DNA of 59,588 bases, filler included. It is 6 parts of 6 records of this genome, joined end to end, with 100 filler letters (N's around TTAATTAATTAA, not from the genome) between each part and the next. Parts side by side here need not be neighbours in the genome. Positions count along the whole stretch, not along the records: positions 7,028 to 16,793 come from SRR2962707_3550; positions 16,894 to 23,204 come from SRR2962707_3552; 4 more parts are not named here. One strand, 5' to 3'. Under the pieces are notes generated by a model that saw only the letters and a list, made by a program, of their open reading frames with translations, was not told the origin of the DNA and searched no databases. Positions 8,316 through 19,804 of this stretch are shown here, piece after piece. Both the position numbers and the translations under genes were made by a program. The first letter of the stretch is position 1. The number at the start of each line of letters is the position of its first letter.

Positions 8316-11300
8316 TCATCGTCGAGTGGGAGATTGGCGACCAGCTCGGAGGCGATTCCACTGCCACGGCGAAATTGTACTTCCGCCTGGAGATGTCGCA
8401 GGTCGAGAACCACTATTCGAATTGGCGCTGGTGACATGTCGATCGGGAATCGGAGTTGGTTGAGAGCTTCCTCCGAATTGTCCTTGGGAAAATGACCCAG
8501 GCGCCGAGTTTGGAGTCGACAAAGAGGGGCCAGGGGTCTACCAATAACAGGATAAAAAAAAAGTGAACCGTTTCGTAAGATCACACCACACTTGCATTAA
8601 TTCAAAACAGCAAAAATGCAGACGAACGAAGCTCAGTACAGGCGTGTTAAGCCTACCTGCTGTCGTGATGTTGGTCCATCACGAGAAAGCGCGGAGTGGT
8701 GCCTTGTGGGATTTCCCATCACGGGAACTTGCACGTATGGGTGTTGGTTGGTATTTGAATTGCTCTGCTGATAGGGTGATTGACGCTCCCACTGTTCTCT
8801 TGCCGAAGGGGTCTCAAAACTAGAGCTGGCTGCACCGGGCGAATGAAATGGATGTCCCTGGCGAACTCTCGAGTCCCGTGCCACAGCGAGCGTTTCTCGG
8901 GCACTCGTGTGATTGACGATGCTCATGAGGTAGTCAATCTCATTCATTGTCTCCATGTGAGCATCTCCACCAGATGCCGACGAGGGGGAGTGAATTCCTG
9001 CGACAGGCTTATCAAAGGGAGAAGCGTACCCAAAGGGGCTGCCGCTGTTTTCCTGACGATGAGAGCTCACCTGTCGCGGAGCCCGGCGAGCTGCCGATTC
9101 ATTCCGCGACTTCTCCTTCATCTGGGCGATGTTACGGCGGATTCGCTGGATAATATCTGTCTGCTGCGCTTGCTGCTGAGCATGCTGCTCCACGAACTTT
9201 TTGTGCTCAACGAAAAGCAGAGTAAAACGAGTTTTCATGTGGTCTAGCTCCTGTTTCATGCGCTCGGCCTCGTGCTGAGCAGCAGCTGCCGCTCCGGCTG
9301 CTGAGTCAGAGAAAGATCGCTGGCCACTGCCTGACCGTCGATCGCCATCAAACGTCTGTGCCGCATCCGCATTGGCTTTCGCCAATTGCTTCTCCGCACG
9401 TCGCTTCCCGCGCCGCAGTGCGTCGAGTTCCTCATCTTGCCGGCGAATTCGGAGAAGAAGCTGTTCTGTGTTTGAACGATGCCGCTCTGCAGAGCGCGCT
9501 CCGCTGTCCGGTTGTCCTTTTGCTCGACTGGCGGCAATTGATGCATTTCGGTCGGGGCTTCGATGAAGAGCATCAAGCCGTGAACTAAGGCGTTCGGCAT
9601 GCTTTCGGGCGGCAGCCTCAGCAGCTCGTGCTTCTGCTAGCTCCGAGCGAGCCTCCGAGGCTTCAAATTCAGTAGCAGCGGCAGTCCGCTGCGCCTCGTC
9701 CAACCGGTTTTCCAACTTATCAATGTAACTTTGCTTGATCTTGGCAGCTGCAAGGGCCTCACTAGAATCGACAGCCATTTTCTCACGAAGTCGCGCCAGT
9801 TCGCCTTCAATGCGGCCCATTTCGACCTGGTTCAACGACAACTCATGCACTTGCTCTTGAAGGCGGCTTACGTGCGCACGGTACGCTTCAAGAGTTGCCA
9901 TGGTGTCTGGATCCCCATCTCGAGCCACTTCCACATCTTCCACGTCATTCTCAGCTGCGTTTCCTGCAACTCCAGCGGCGTTTCCAATCGTTCGGCCCAG
10001 GTTTGCTTGCGCAGCTGCCATTAAGTCTTTGATTTTAATTGCACGTTCCATCTGCGCAGCAGCTGTGCGCGCTTCATCTAATTGGCGTGAAAGGTTTGCG
10101 TTTGCGCGGGCAAGGGCCCCCTGGGTTGCCTGAGACTGCTCTAGACGCGCCTCAGCCGAGTTTGCGCGAAGCTCGGCAGCCTGCCGCTCACCAGAAACGC
10201 GTGAAAGATCTTCTTCGCGCTCGCGCAGCGCTTGTCGAAGGGGCGCAGTTGCACGAGCCAGTGCATCTGGGCGTGGTGGCGTCATGTCCAATCCAGTAGC
10301 TTGGACCAACTGCTGTTTCGATGGTGACACATTTGTGCTGCCATCGGCAGCCTGTTCCCGAACAAAGTCCACAAGCCGGCGCTGTGCATCCAGAAGCTCA
10401 CGTTGCAAGGTATCATTTCGAGCCATCAATGACTCTGCGGAAAGTCGGCTGACACTTAGGGCTGCGCGTGCGGCAGCAACATCCTGTTGGGCTGCTTGAT
10501 CCCGCTCTGCCAACTCGACCGAATGGCGTTCTGCCGCAGCCTCCAAGTCGCGAATGACTTCTCGAAGCTCTGTGTGACCTCGACCAGCTGCTGCTTCTCT
10601 CTCTGAGCCCTCTCGAAGCTCATCCGCCGCGGTTGCCAATTTCGCTTCTGCAAGTTCAGAAGCCTCAACCGCCACCTTCGCTTCAACTTCCAACGATTCA
10701 ACCCGAGCTTGAGCAACCTCTGCAGCATGGCGCGCAGCTTGCACTTCTGCCTCTGCCGCTTGAACGCGCTTCGCCATCGCCACTGCGTCGTCAGCAAGGA
10801 CGTCACTGTTACTATTGTTGTCCTGCCTTTGCAGCTTTGCGAGTTGTTCGCGGGCTGCTGCAAGATCAATATCTTGTTGTTCACTCTTCGTGCGCAGCTT
10901 CGCCAGTTCGTCTTCCAAGGCTGCTCTGGAGGTATCCGCCTCGGCACCAGCAGCTGCCGCTGCCGCATCTTCAGGCGACACACATCCACCTGGAACACCA
11001 CAGCGCCCCACACACACAGGACGGCCGTCTGGGCTGCAGCCAACGTCAGAAAGGTCAATTCCTGCACCGGCAGCCGACGATCTCGTGGCATGAGATGCTG
11101 AGGGCTGCATCGCTGTAATAGCTTGCTTTTCTTCACGGTCACGCTGTTGCTCATCTGCCAGCTGCTGTGCGAGTGCAGCTGCTGATTGTAGCGCTGCCCT
11201 AGTAGCTTCCCGAGCTCGCGCTAACTCTTCCGCGACCTCGGATTTCTCCCGCACTGCTTGTTCTGCGGCTGCTTGAGCTGCCTCAAGGTCTTCAGCCTGT

Positions 11301-14300
11301 GTAGCAACAGCCGCGAGCGCGGCCTCGGCCTCGTTCGCGGCGTGAGCAGAGGCCTCCAAAGCTGCATCTCGAGCGTCACGCGCTGCTGCAAATTCTTCCA
11401 GCGCAGCACGACGATCAGCCTCACGAGCCTCCAGCAACGTCTCCTTTTCCAACAACGCCGTTCGTGACTGAGCCAGTTCCTGCTCTCGGGCAGTCAAGGC
11501 TGCCTCCAACTGCTGACAGTTCTTCTCAGACATCTCAGTTGCCGCCTGCAACTTCTCTTTCATGGACTTCACATTTTCAGCTGCAAGCATTGCTGCTCGC
11601 CCTTGCTCCTCTGCTTCGTTTGCTGCGGTTTGGCGAGCAACATCGTGCGCATCCGCAAGCTGGCGGAGTTTTGCAACCTCCGCCTGGGCTTCACGCGAGC
11701 GCTCTATCTCTACTGCAAGATTTTCTTCAGCCTCAACAGCACGCTGCTCAGCGACCTTCACTCGAGCTGCCAATTCGGCTTCATGGCCATGCCTGAGTTC
11801 TTCCTCCGCTTCGTGGCCTCGAAGCACGGTCGCATCCAGCTCAGCTTGTAGCTGCAGGATTTGTTCTTGGTCAGCTTCCCGATTCTGACGCCGAATAGCT
11901 TCTGAAGTTGCTAGCTCCCGCCGTGCTTGCGCTAAACGGGCTTCCGCCTCCAATTGAGTCGCCTCCAAGGTCCCCAACCGCTCAGCGGTATCTGCGGCAC
12001 GTGTCGCGGCAGCTCGAGCGCTAGCGCTGGAGGCTGTTCGAGCTGCCGATAATTCGTTGGATAATTTGGCAACTTCCTTCGCCAACTCTTCTTCTCGCAC
12101 TGACGCATCTTTCACTTTTGAAGAGGCTGCCTTTGCCTCTGTAACGAGCGAGTCCAGGTCCTTTTGGAGCCGCTGTGTACTCCCTTCAGCCTCGGTTGCA
12201 CGTTTGCTGGCTTGCACTGCCTCGTCGCGGGCTTGCAAGAGTTTTGCAGCCGTGGCATGATTTTCGTTCAACAACTCATCCCGTCGACGTTCAAGATCAT
12301 TTGCTGCTGAGCGCAATGCTTTCAGTTCGGTCAGTAGATCAAGCTTCTGCCTCTTGAGCTCGTCAATCTCAAGTGCCTGCATTCGGTCTGCCTTTTCCAA
12401 TGTCTGAATCTTCGACTGAAGCTCCTCACGGACAGCGTCCACATCGCTCAACTCTACCAATCGTTTTGCGCCTGTCGCTGATTCTTCAGCGAGCTGTGCG
12501 CGTGCCATGTTAAGCTCGTCTCGAAGTGTCAAACATTGCTGCTTCGATACGCCAGTGGCGTGTTGACTCTCGCCCAGCGCAGCCTGCGCGGCAGCTAGCT
12601 CCTGCTCCAGCAGCTCAGCGCCAGACGTCGCCTCCGCAGATTGTGCTTCAAGCAAAGCGATGCGAGCTGCCCCTGTTTCAGCCTGCGTTTCTGCTGTCTC
12701 AGCCGACCTTTGGAAATTCGCTGCAGTAGCTTCTGCGGAGGCCAGGGCTGCCATCACCTCCTGTGTCTGTTCGGTTGCAGCTGCAATCTCGTCTGACAAC
12801 ACGGACTTTGCACTCTCGAGATCGCTACGTGCTTGGATTGCGGCTGCGGCTTCGGCCTCAGCACGAACACGCTCTTCTGAGAGATCAGTGCTCAAGCTGG
12901 CCTCATGTTCCAGCTCACATTCAAGCGATGCGTGCGCATCTGCAAGTGCGACACGCATCTCTTCCATTTCATGTGCAACAGCCTCTTTGTTGCTATGCTC
13001 CATCGATTGCAGACTTTCGATTTGAGCTTCAAGTTTGGCTTCTGTGGCTCTTGATGCTTCTGAATTTTCCATGCATTCGTGGCGCAATTCTTCAACAGCT
13101 TCAGCAGCAGCATCTTGTGCTCGTTGCAAATCCATCCGAGCCTCTGCTTCTTGGCGAGTGAGTTCGTCTCGAGCTTGAACAAGCTTTTTGTGTGATTCGG
13201 TCAGTTGCTCAACGAGCACCCTCTTTTCTGTGCGGGCAGCTTCCAACTCAAGCTCAATGGCCGTTACTTTTGCGCGGACTGACTCGGCTGCTGCATCAGC
13301 ATTGCTGGCTCGCGTCTCCGCCTGAGCCCGCGCTTCTGTTTCTTCGTCAAGTAATTTACCCTGTGCCTTGGCCTTGCTTTCGACCTGACCGATGATGTCC
13401 CTCGCTGACAGAAGTTTCTGCTGGCTTGCAGTGAGCTCGGCGACCATAGACTCGTTTTCGCCTTCGGCTGCGCGAGCACGCTGACTGAGTTGCCGCAACT
13501 GCGATTCAAGTTCGTGCGCTTTTTCTAAGCTTTCTGCTCGTGCGCGATCCGACAATGACACGTTCGACTCATATAGTTCAAGTTTTTCGGCCATCTGCTC
13601 CTTGCTCTCTTTCGCCTCAGCCAGTGCGTTCTGCATGGACTTAAGCTTTGCATTCAGATCGTGTATTTGTCCGAGTTGGGCATCGATAGTCTTGTCTGCT
13701 TGAAATTGTGCTTCGTGAGCTTGGGTCCTTTCTGCTTCTGCTCCGTTGACAGATTGCCTCAACTTTCGGTCCAAGGCGTCTAACTTGGCCTGTGCGGCCT
13801 CCGCAGCAGTTGCTGCGGATGCACTTGCCTCCTTCGCAGCGCCCTCTAAGGCTTCGACACGTTTTTCCAGCTTCACCTTGAGATGTGTTGCCAACGACAA
13901 GTCCGTCTCAACTTTGGCCAGTTGCTCAGCAGTGCCCTTATGCTGCTCTGCCGCGGCCGCGAGCTGATCTTGAAGCGTGGCATTTTTGTCATTGGCGAGG
14001 CTCAGCTCGTCGGCAAATTTCTGATTTTCGCGTTGAGTGTCCTCCAGCTGGATGCGCAATTTATTCAATTGCGCTCTTGCATGTTCCTCGGTTTCACGCA
14101 GATCCACCAGCTCTCTTTGGGCGGCAACCAAAGTTGCCTCCAGCGCGGTGGCATTGTGCGTGCTTTCCAGCAGCTGGCTTTCTAAGTTGTGAACTTTTTC
14201 CAGCATTTCGGTTTTGGCTTGGTCAGAGGACGAAATGCTGGATTCAAAAGCGCTGAGTTTTTCCTCTGCTTGCGTCTCCCGCTGCTTGGACTTGTCCAGT

Positions 14301-16793
14301 GCATCTTGAGCTTCTTGTAGCTCACTGCTCAGCTTCCCAACTACAAGTTTCAATTCCACGATCTGTGCGAGGGACGCTTGGCGCTCAGACTCTTGCGATT
14401 GGTACTCCTGCTGCTTCTGGCGAGCAGCCGCAAGAGCATCCTGTGAAGTGGCCAGTTCCTGTTCCAAGTCTTCAAGCTTTTTGCTGTTCAGCCTTTGCTC
14501 TTCATTCAATTGTTGCTCCGTTGTCGCCAGCGACGTTTCGGAATGTGTGAGCTGCTGGGCCATCTCCTGTTGGCGTTTTGCTGAGGCTGCAGCTTCGTTG
14601 CGTAGTGCTACGACCTCGTCAACAGATGCGGAGAGTTCTTCCGCAAGCGTGGCCTGGCGAGAAGAAAAGCCGTCCAGCTCGACCTGAACCGCAGCTTTGG
14701 CATCTGCTTCCGCGGCATCTGCTCGGCTGCGCTGCTCTTCGACTTCGGCGCGTGAAGTTGCTGCTGCTTCGGTCAGGGCCATCAACTTAACCTCTGAACT
14801 GTTTGCACATTTGCGCTGGCTGTCACTTTCGGCTCGTGCTTCCGCAGCAGCTTCATTGGCCACCGCCAATTCCGCTTCAATGGACTTGATTAGCTCCCGC
14901 TGCCTCATTGCTTCAGCTTCAGCTTCGTCGTGCAGTGCAGCAGCGGCTTCATTTGCGTTTGTCAATTCAACTTCTGCAGCGTCAGCACGTTCTAGGTATT
15001 GTTCCCCATTGGCAAGAGCTCGTGCCAAGGCAGTGTTTTGTTCGTGCTTGTATTGTTCATATGCCTCTGCTTGCTTTCCAGCAGCCTGCTTCAGTTGGGC
15101 CAACTCTGCTTCTGCGGTGACCGCGCGGATGCGGTGCTTCTCGGCTTCCGCCTGGGCGCCAGCGGCAGCCTGCTTGACTTCCGTCAGCGCTAGCTCCGCA
15201 GCATCAGCACGCTGGCGCTGCTGCGCTGTCTCAGCCTCAGCTTTGGTCAGTGTTCCACCTGCTGCTTCCTCCACCTTGGTCAACTCCGCTTCAGCATTTG
15301 CTGCGCGTGTGCGTTGCTTCTCGGTTTCAGCTTGCGCTGCAGCCACCTTCTCCGTGGCAACAATTGAGGCTGTTAGTTGTTCCTCTAACTGGCCAACCTT
15401 GCTCACACTGGCTTCAAGGGCAGCTTCCAGTTGCCGCTTGCCCTCGCGCTCGGCCATGAGCTCATCTTGCAGTTCGCGAACTCGTGAACGCAGCACACGA
15501 TTTTCTTCTTCAGCTCCTGCCGCCAGCTCGGCCGCCGCCGAGGCATCTGCCTCGCGCAACTGCTGTAGCTCCGATACCATCGTCTGCAAGCGGACTGTTT
15601 CCTGTTCAAGTGCGGCAATATGCGCTGCTGCTTGTAGCTCTTCCTGCTGCTTCGGCTCCTCCGTTTCAACAACGTCTACATCCTCGTGATGATCCTGTTC
15701 AGCGACAAGCTTTGCATTTTCTGCGTCGCCAGCTGCCCGCTCTCGCGTCAGATTTTCCCCTTTGGGCCGTGCGTGAGCGCCTGCTGCGCCATCGCGTTCT
15801 GTCTCAAAGGGCGCTGTGGTTTCATTGTCTTGCTGCTGGTTAGCATGGGCGCTCGTTTCCAATTCTTCAACCACCGCTTTTGCCTCGTCGTCGGCAACCA
15901 AAGGATCAGTTTCAGGTTTTATAACTGGTTCATCAGCGCCCTCCATGTCCACATTGGCAGTGGTTGGTTCTTGCACACTGGTGTCGACGTCTGTGAAGTC
16001 ACCACTCCCACTCGAGGACTCAGCAATGTCCTCCTGATCTGAGTCGCTTGCTTGAGACGATGCCTTGGCCTCCGCATCCACAAACTCATCATCGCTGCTC
16101 GTTGGTGCGGCAAATACATTGCTAACACCAACCCCATCAAGCAGTCCCATGCGTTCGGCGTTTTGCAACTCCGCTTCTGCTTCAGCCATGTGTCCAGCGT
16201 CTTCGTCCGCGTCGCGGAACTCTGCATCTTCGGAGCTGGAATCATCCTCGACAACATCATCGCCGTCATCGCCGTCGCTTTCAGCCGGACTGGATGTCTG
16301 GCGTTGTGGCAGCGATTCTGGGACTGCGTCAACAAACTCTGCATCCCCAGAACTTGATTCGTCACTGCTGAATTCACTGCTGAGCCCTTCATCCCCGTCT
16401 ATCTGATCGGCAGGCCCTGCCACTGCCGCGGGGTCAATATTAGCATCTATGAATGCCTCCGAATCGGATGCGGTCTCCATGTCACTGTCCTCAAACTCTT
16501 TGTCGCTGGTGCTGGCAGAAGCAGCAGCTTCAACGGTTTGCTGGTCGCCCTGGAACTCCTCTTCTTCTCTGCGTTTTTTCTCTGCCAGTTCCTCTTCAAT
16601 GCGGCGCGCTTTGTCTGCCTCTTCTGCAAGATGCTGTAATTCCGCTGCTTCGGCAAGTCGCTTGGTTTCTGCTTCTTCAGCTTCATTCGCAACCCGCCGG
16701 GCTTCTGCTTCCTTCGCAAGCCGTTGTGCTTCTGATTCTTCAGCCACACGCTGAGCTTCCGCCTCTTCAGCAAGTCGCTTGGCTTCTGCTTCT
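8316..16793 (-). CDS. Giant eukaryotic coiled-coil protein (>2785 aa, 5'-partial, at least 2 exons)
   Basis: Frame open to the contig edge; acidic disordered N-part followed by a very long Ala/Glu/Gln/Leu heptad-rich region. Phase-0 intron 8538-8656 (CAG|GTAGGC ... T-tract..TAG|ACC) joins a 73-aa last exon at 8316-8537. Confidence 0.88.
16640..16793 (-). repeat. Degenerate coding repeat of about 9 aa (EAEAKRLAE / EAEAQRVAE / ESEAQRLAK)
   Basis: Seen in the translation up to the contig edge; probable cause of the assembly break. Confidence 0.75.
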
Positions 16794-16893
16794 NNNNNNN
16801 NNNNNNNNNNNNNNNNNNNNNNNNNNNNNNNNNNNNNTTAATTAATTAANNNNNNNNNNNNNNNNNNNNNNNNNNNNNNNNNNNNNNNNNNNN
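16794..16893. other. Artificial contig linker
   Basis: Same N44-TTAATTAATTAA-N44 spacer. Confidence 0.99.
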
Positions 16894-19285
16894 ACGTGGA
16901 CCGCCACCACGTGGACCACCACCGCGTGGAGCTCCATCTCGTGGGCCACCACCTCGTGGCCGTGGACCGCCACCTCGTGGACGTGGACCGCCACCGCGCG
17001 GACCCCCGCCGCGAGGTGCCCCACCGGGTGGCCGAGGGTGAGTGCGCATTGCCCGCATCCTTGTTGCTTTCGATTGCATTGCCTGCGCTGCCTAACACGG
17101 CCTAGTTGCATTGCATCGCGGATCAGCCGATTTAATCGGGACGCCTGCTGACTTTGTTTGACGTATTTTTTGTCGCCAGACCTCCGCCCCGTGGACGCGG
17201 GCCGCCACCTCGTGGACGCGGGCCGCCACCTCGTGGACGTGGGCCGCCACCCCGTGGACCACCCCCGCGCGGGCCCCCACCCCGCGGGCCACCGCCTGGT
17301 GGCCGAGGACCGCCGCCGCGTGGCAGAGGGTGCGTGGCTGCTTGTTTACTCTCGTGCCATGCATTTGTTTGTGCACGCCCCACGGTTTCTGTTTCCTTGG
17401 CGCGACTGTTGCTCCTGCCCCTCGTGCTCGCTCCCGCTCGCCTTTCCACCAGTGGAAACAGCCCGCGTGTCCGGGCCGTGGGGGGCTTGCGTGACATTGC
17501 GATGGGAGATTGCACCCTCTCAGAGCTCTGCATCTCATTTTTTCAATGTTCCTCCTGCGCCGCTGCCTTGCATGCAGACCACCGCCACGAGGACCACCAC
17601 CACGAGGATCACCCCGCGGTCGCGGGCCACCGCCTCGCGGACCGCCGCCCGGTGCCCGAGGGCCACCTCCACGCGGCCGTGGCCCGCCACCACGTGGAAG
17701 AGGACCACCCCCGCGTGGCGCAAGAGGGCGTGGCCCGCCACGGGCCAGAGGCCCGCCACCTCGCGGAGCACCGATGGGACGCGGCCCGCCGCGAGGAGGG
17801 CCTCCACGAGGAGGACCTCCTCGAGGTGGACCGCCGCGTGGGCCACGTGGCCCCCCTCCGCGTGGGCCTCCCCGGGGAGGCCCGCCCAGAGGAGGACCGC
17901 CGCGCGGACTGTCAATGCGGCCCGGAGGACCGGGCGGGCAGTTTGGCACTCTGAATCTCACCTGTGTGTCGGCATCTGACCTCGCAGGGCTACCGCCGAC
18001 AGGAGGCTCGCCTTATGCCGTGCTGCGGCTGGGCAGCATCGAACACAAAACCGGCGTGAGCAAAGACGGTGGCGCCAACCCCAAGTGGGGCGACGGGTTT
18101 AACTTCAAGGTGACGACTGAGAAGACCATGAAGGTGTCGGTGTTTGCGGAGAACAAAACGGGCGCCGACGCACTGCTTGGATCCACAGAGGTCGCCCTCG
18201 CGCCATGGGTGGCGCAGAAAAAGTTTGAGGGAAACATTGATTTGGTGGACGCCAACAACAGTGCCGCTGGGCGACTGTTTGTAAAGGTAGACTTTTCCGT
18301 GGCCGGTGTGGGCCGTGCCCCACTCAAGGCGCCCGTGCGCCCCGGGGAGGCGCCACGGAGGGAGGCTCCTCGCGATCCGAACGGGCGGTTCACGCCCGAA
18401 GAGATCCGCGAGGCGTTCATTGCCTTCGACCTGGACCACAACAACTTCGTGGGCGCCGCCGAGATCCGCCACGTGCTCATCAACATCGGCGAGCAGCCCA
18501 CGGACGAGGAGGTGGACGAGATGATCCGCATGGTGGACAAGGACGGAGATGGCCAGGTGTCGTTCGAAGAGTTTTACGAAATGGTCACCGGCGGGCGCAA
18601 GCCTCCCCCAGGGCTGCTCACGGGGGACGCTTCGGCGGCCGACCTTGCGGCAGCCGCATCAGGCTCGCCGCCGCCAGGAGCTGGCACTGGTGGGACACAA
18701 CCTCCGGCTGGGCAGCCCACCGCGGCGTCGCATCTGCAGATGCGCAAGAATCGCCAAATGGCCTTGGACGTCTTTGCCAAGGAGCACGGCATCAAGCCCG
18801 AGAGCATCAAGCGGGCGTACAAGCGTTTCCGCGCGACGGACAAAGACGGCAGCGGGCAAATCGACTACACCGAGTTTTGCGAGGTGCTGCAAGTGGACCC
18901 TGCGCCGCAGGTGGAAAAATTGTTCCAGTTGTTCGACAAGGACCGCTCGGGCCAGATCGACGTGCGCGAGTTCATGATTGGCCTCTCCAATTTCACTGGT
19001 GCTGGCAAGGAGGAGAAACTGAAGTTTGCATTCATGGTCTTCGACGAGGACGGCAATGGCGTCATCACCAAGCAAGAGCTGGTGAAGATCCTCAAGGCCA
19101 ACCACATGGCCTCCACAGACAAGGAGGTCATGCGCAAGGCCGACACGATCATGGCTCAGGCGGACAAGGACGGCGACGGTGTCGTCGACTTTGACGAGTT
19201 TGTGCTCATCTCCAAGAAGTTCCCGAACATCCTGTTCCCGGCTTTCTCGCTGAGCCATCAACTGGGCAAGAAGCTCGGCTTTTAA
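16894..19285 (+). CDS. Eukaryotic Ca2+-binding protein: (GPPPRG)n region, C2 domain, EF-hand pair, calcineurin-B-like 4-EF domain (5'-partial, 3 visible exons)
   Basis: Exons 16894-17037, 17180-17329 and 17578-19285 joined by phase-2 introns (GTGAGT..CAG, GTGCGT..CAG) give 666 aa in frame. C2: [30 protein letters not shown] loops: [54 protein letters not shown]. Confidence 0.92.
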
Positions 19286-19804
19286 TAAGCTTGTTTCCAA
19301 GCCGGGAGGGCCTTATCTATTATTTAAATCATTTACATCTAGTGCGCATGTACCGCCGACCCGGCCGTGCCGTGCCGCGGCGGGATGGCTGTTTCTTTTT
19401 TTTGTGTGTGGCGGCGTTGCTTGCCCGTGGCGAGGCGCTTCTGGAACAGCTTTCGAGCTCGCCAGTCAGCGACCCTGAAGATTGTAAGGTGCACCTGTTC
19501 TTTCTCGTTCCTCCCCGGTTCGGGAACAAGCATGCCCTTCAAGGCAAAGCCAGCGCACGTGTGCTCCTCGCACTTCCCCTTCGGTTCCACGACCATCAAA
19601 ACGAAAACTTTGTTGTTGAGTAACAATTATCATAAAATACAACTGCAGGCTGGATGAGTGTTTGTCGTTGAACTCGGGGGCCCAAGTCAATTCGATAGGC
19701 CCTGGAGCGTTCCCTGCGGCTCACCATCTAGGAATGGGTGAAATCAGCAGGCCTGGCGCGCCCCGCCCTGTGTTCATACCGCTTGCACATTCCGCCGCCT
19801 GCGT

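Noticed and set aside
14697..15689. Long plus-strand Ser/Ala/Cys-rich ORFs opposite the coiled-coil genes
   Set aside because: Antisense shadows of biased Ala/Glu/Gln codon usage.
17092..17979. Alternative-frame ORFs over the GC-rich repeat (His/Val-rich, Thr/Arg-rich, antisense GGPR), or a CRISPR-like array
   Set aside because: Stop-poor coding repeat; only the GPPPRG frame is preserved by both introns and joins the C2 domain.
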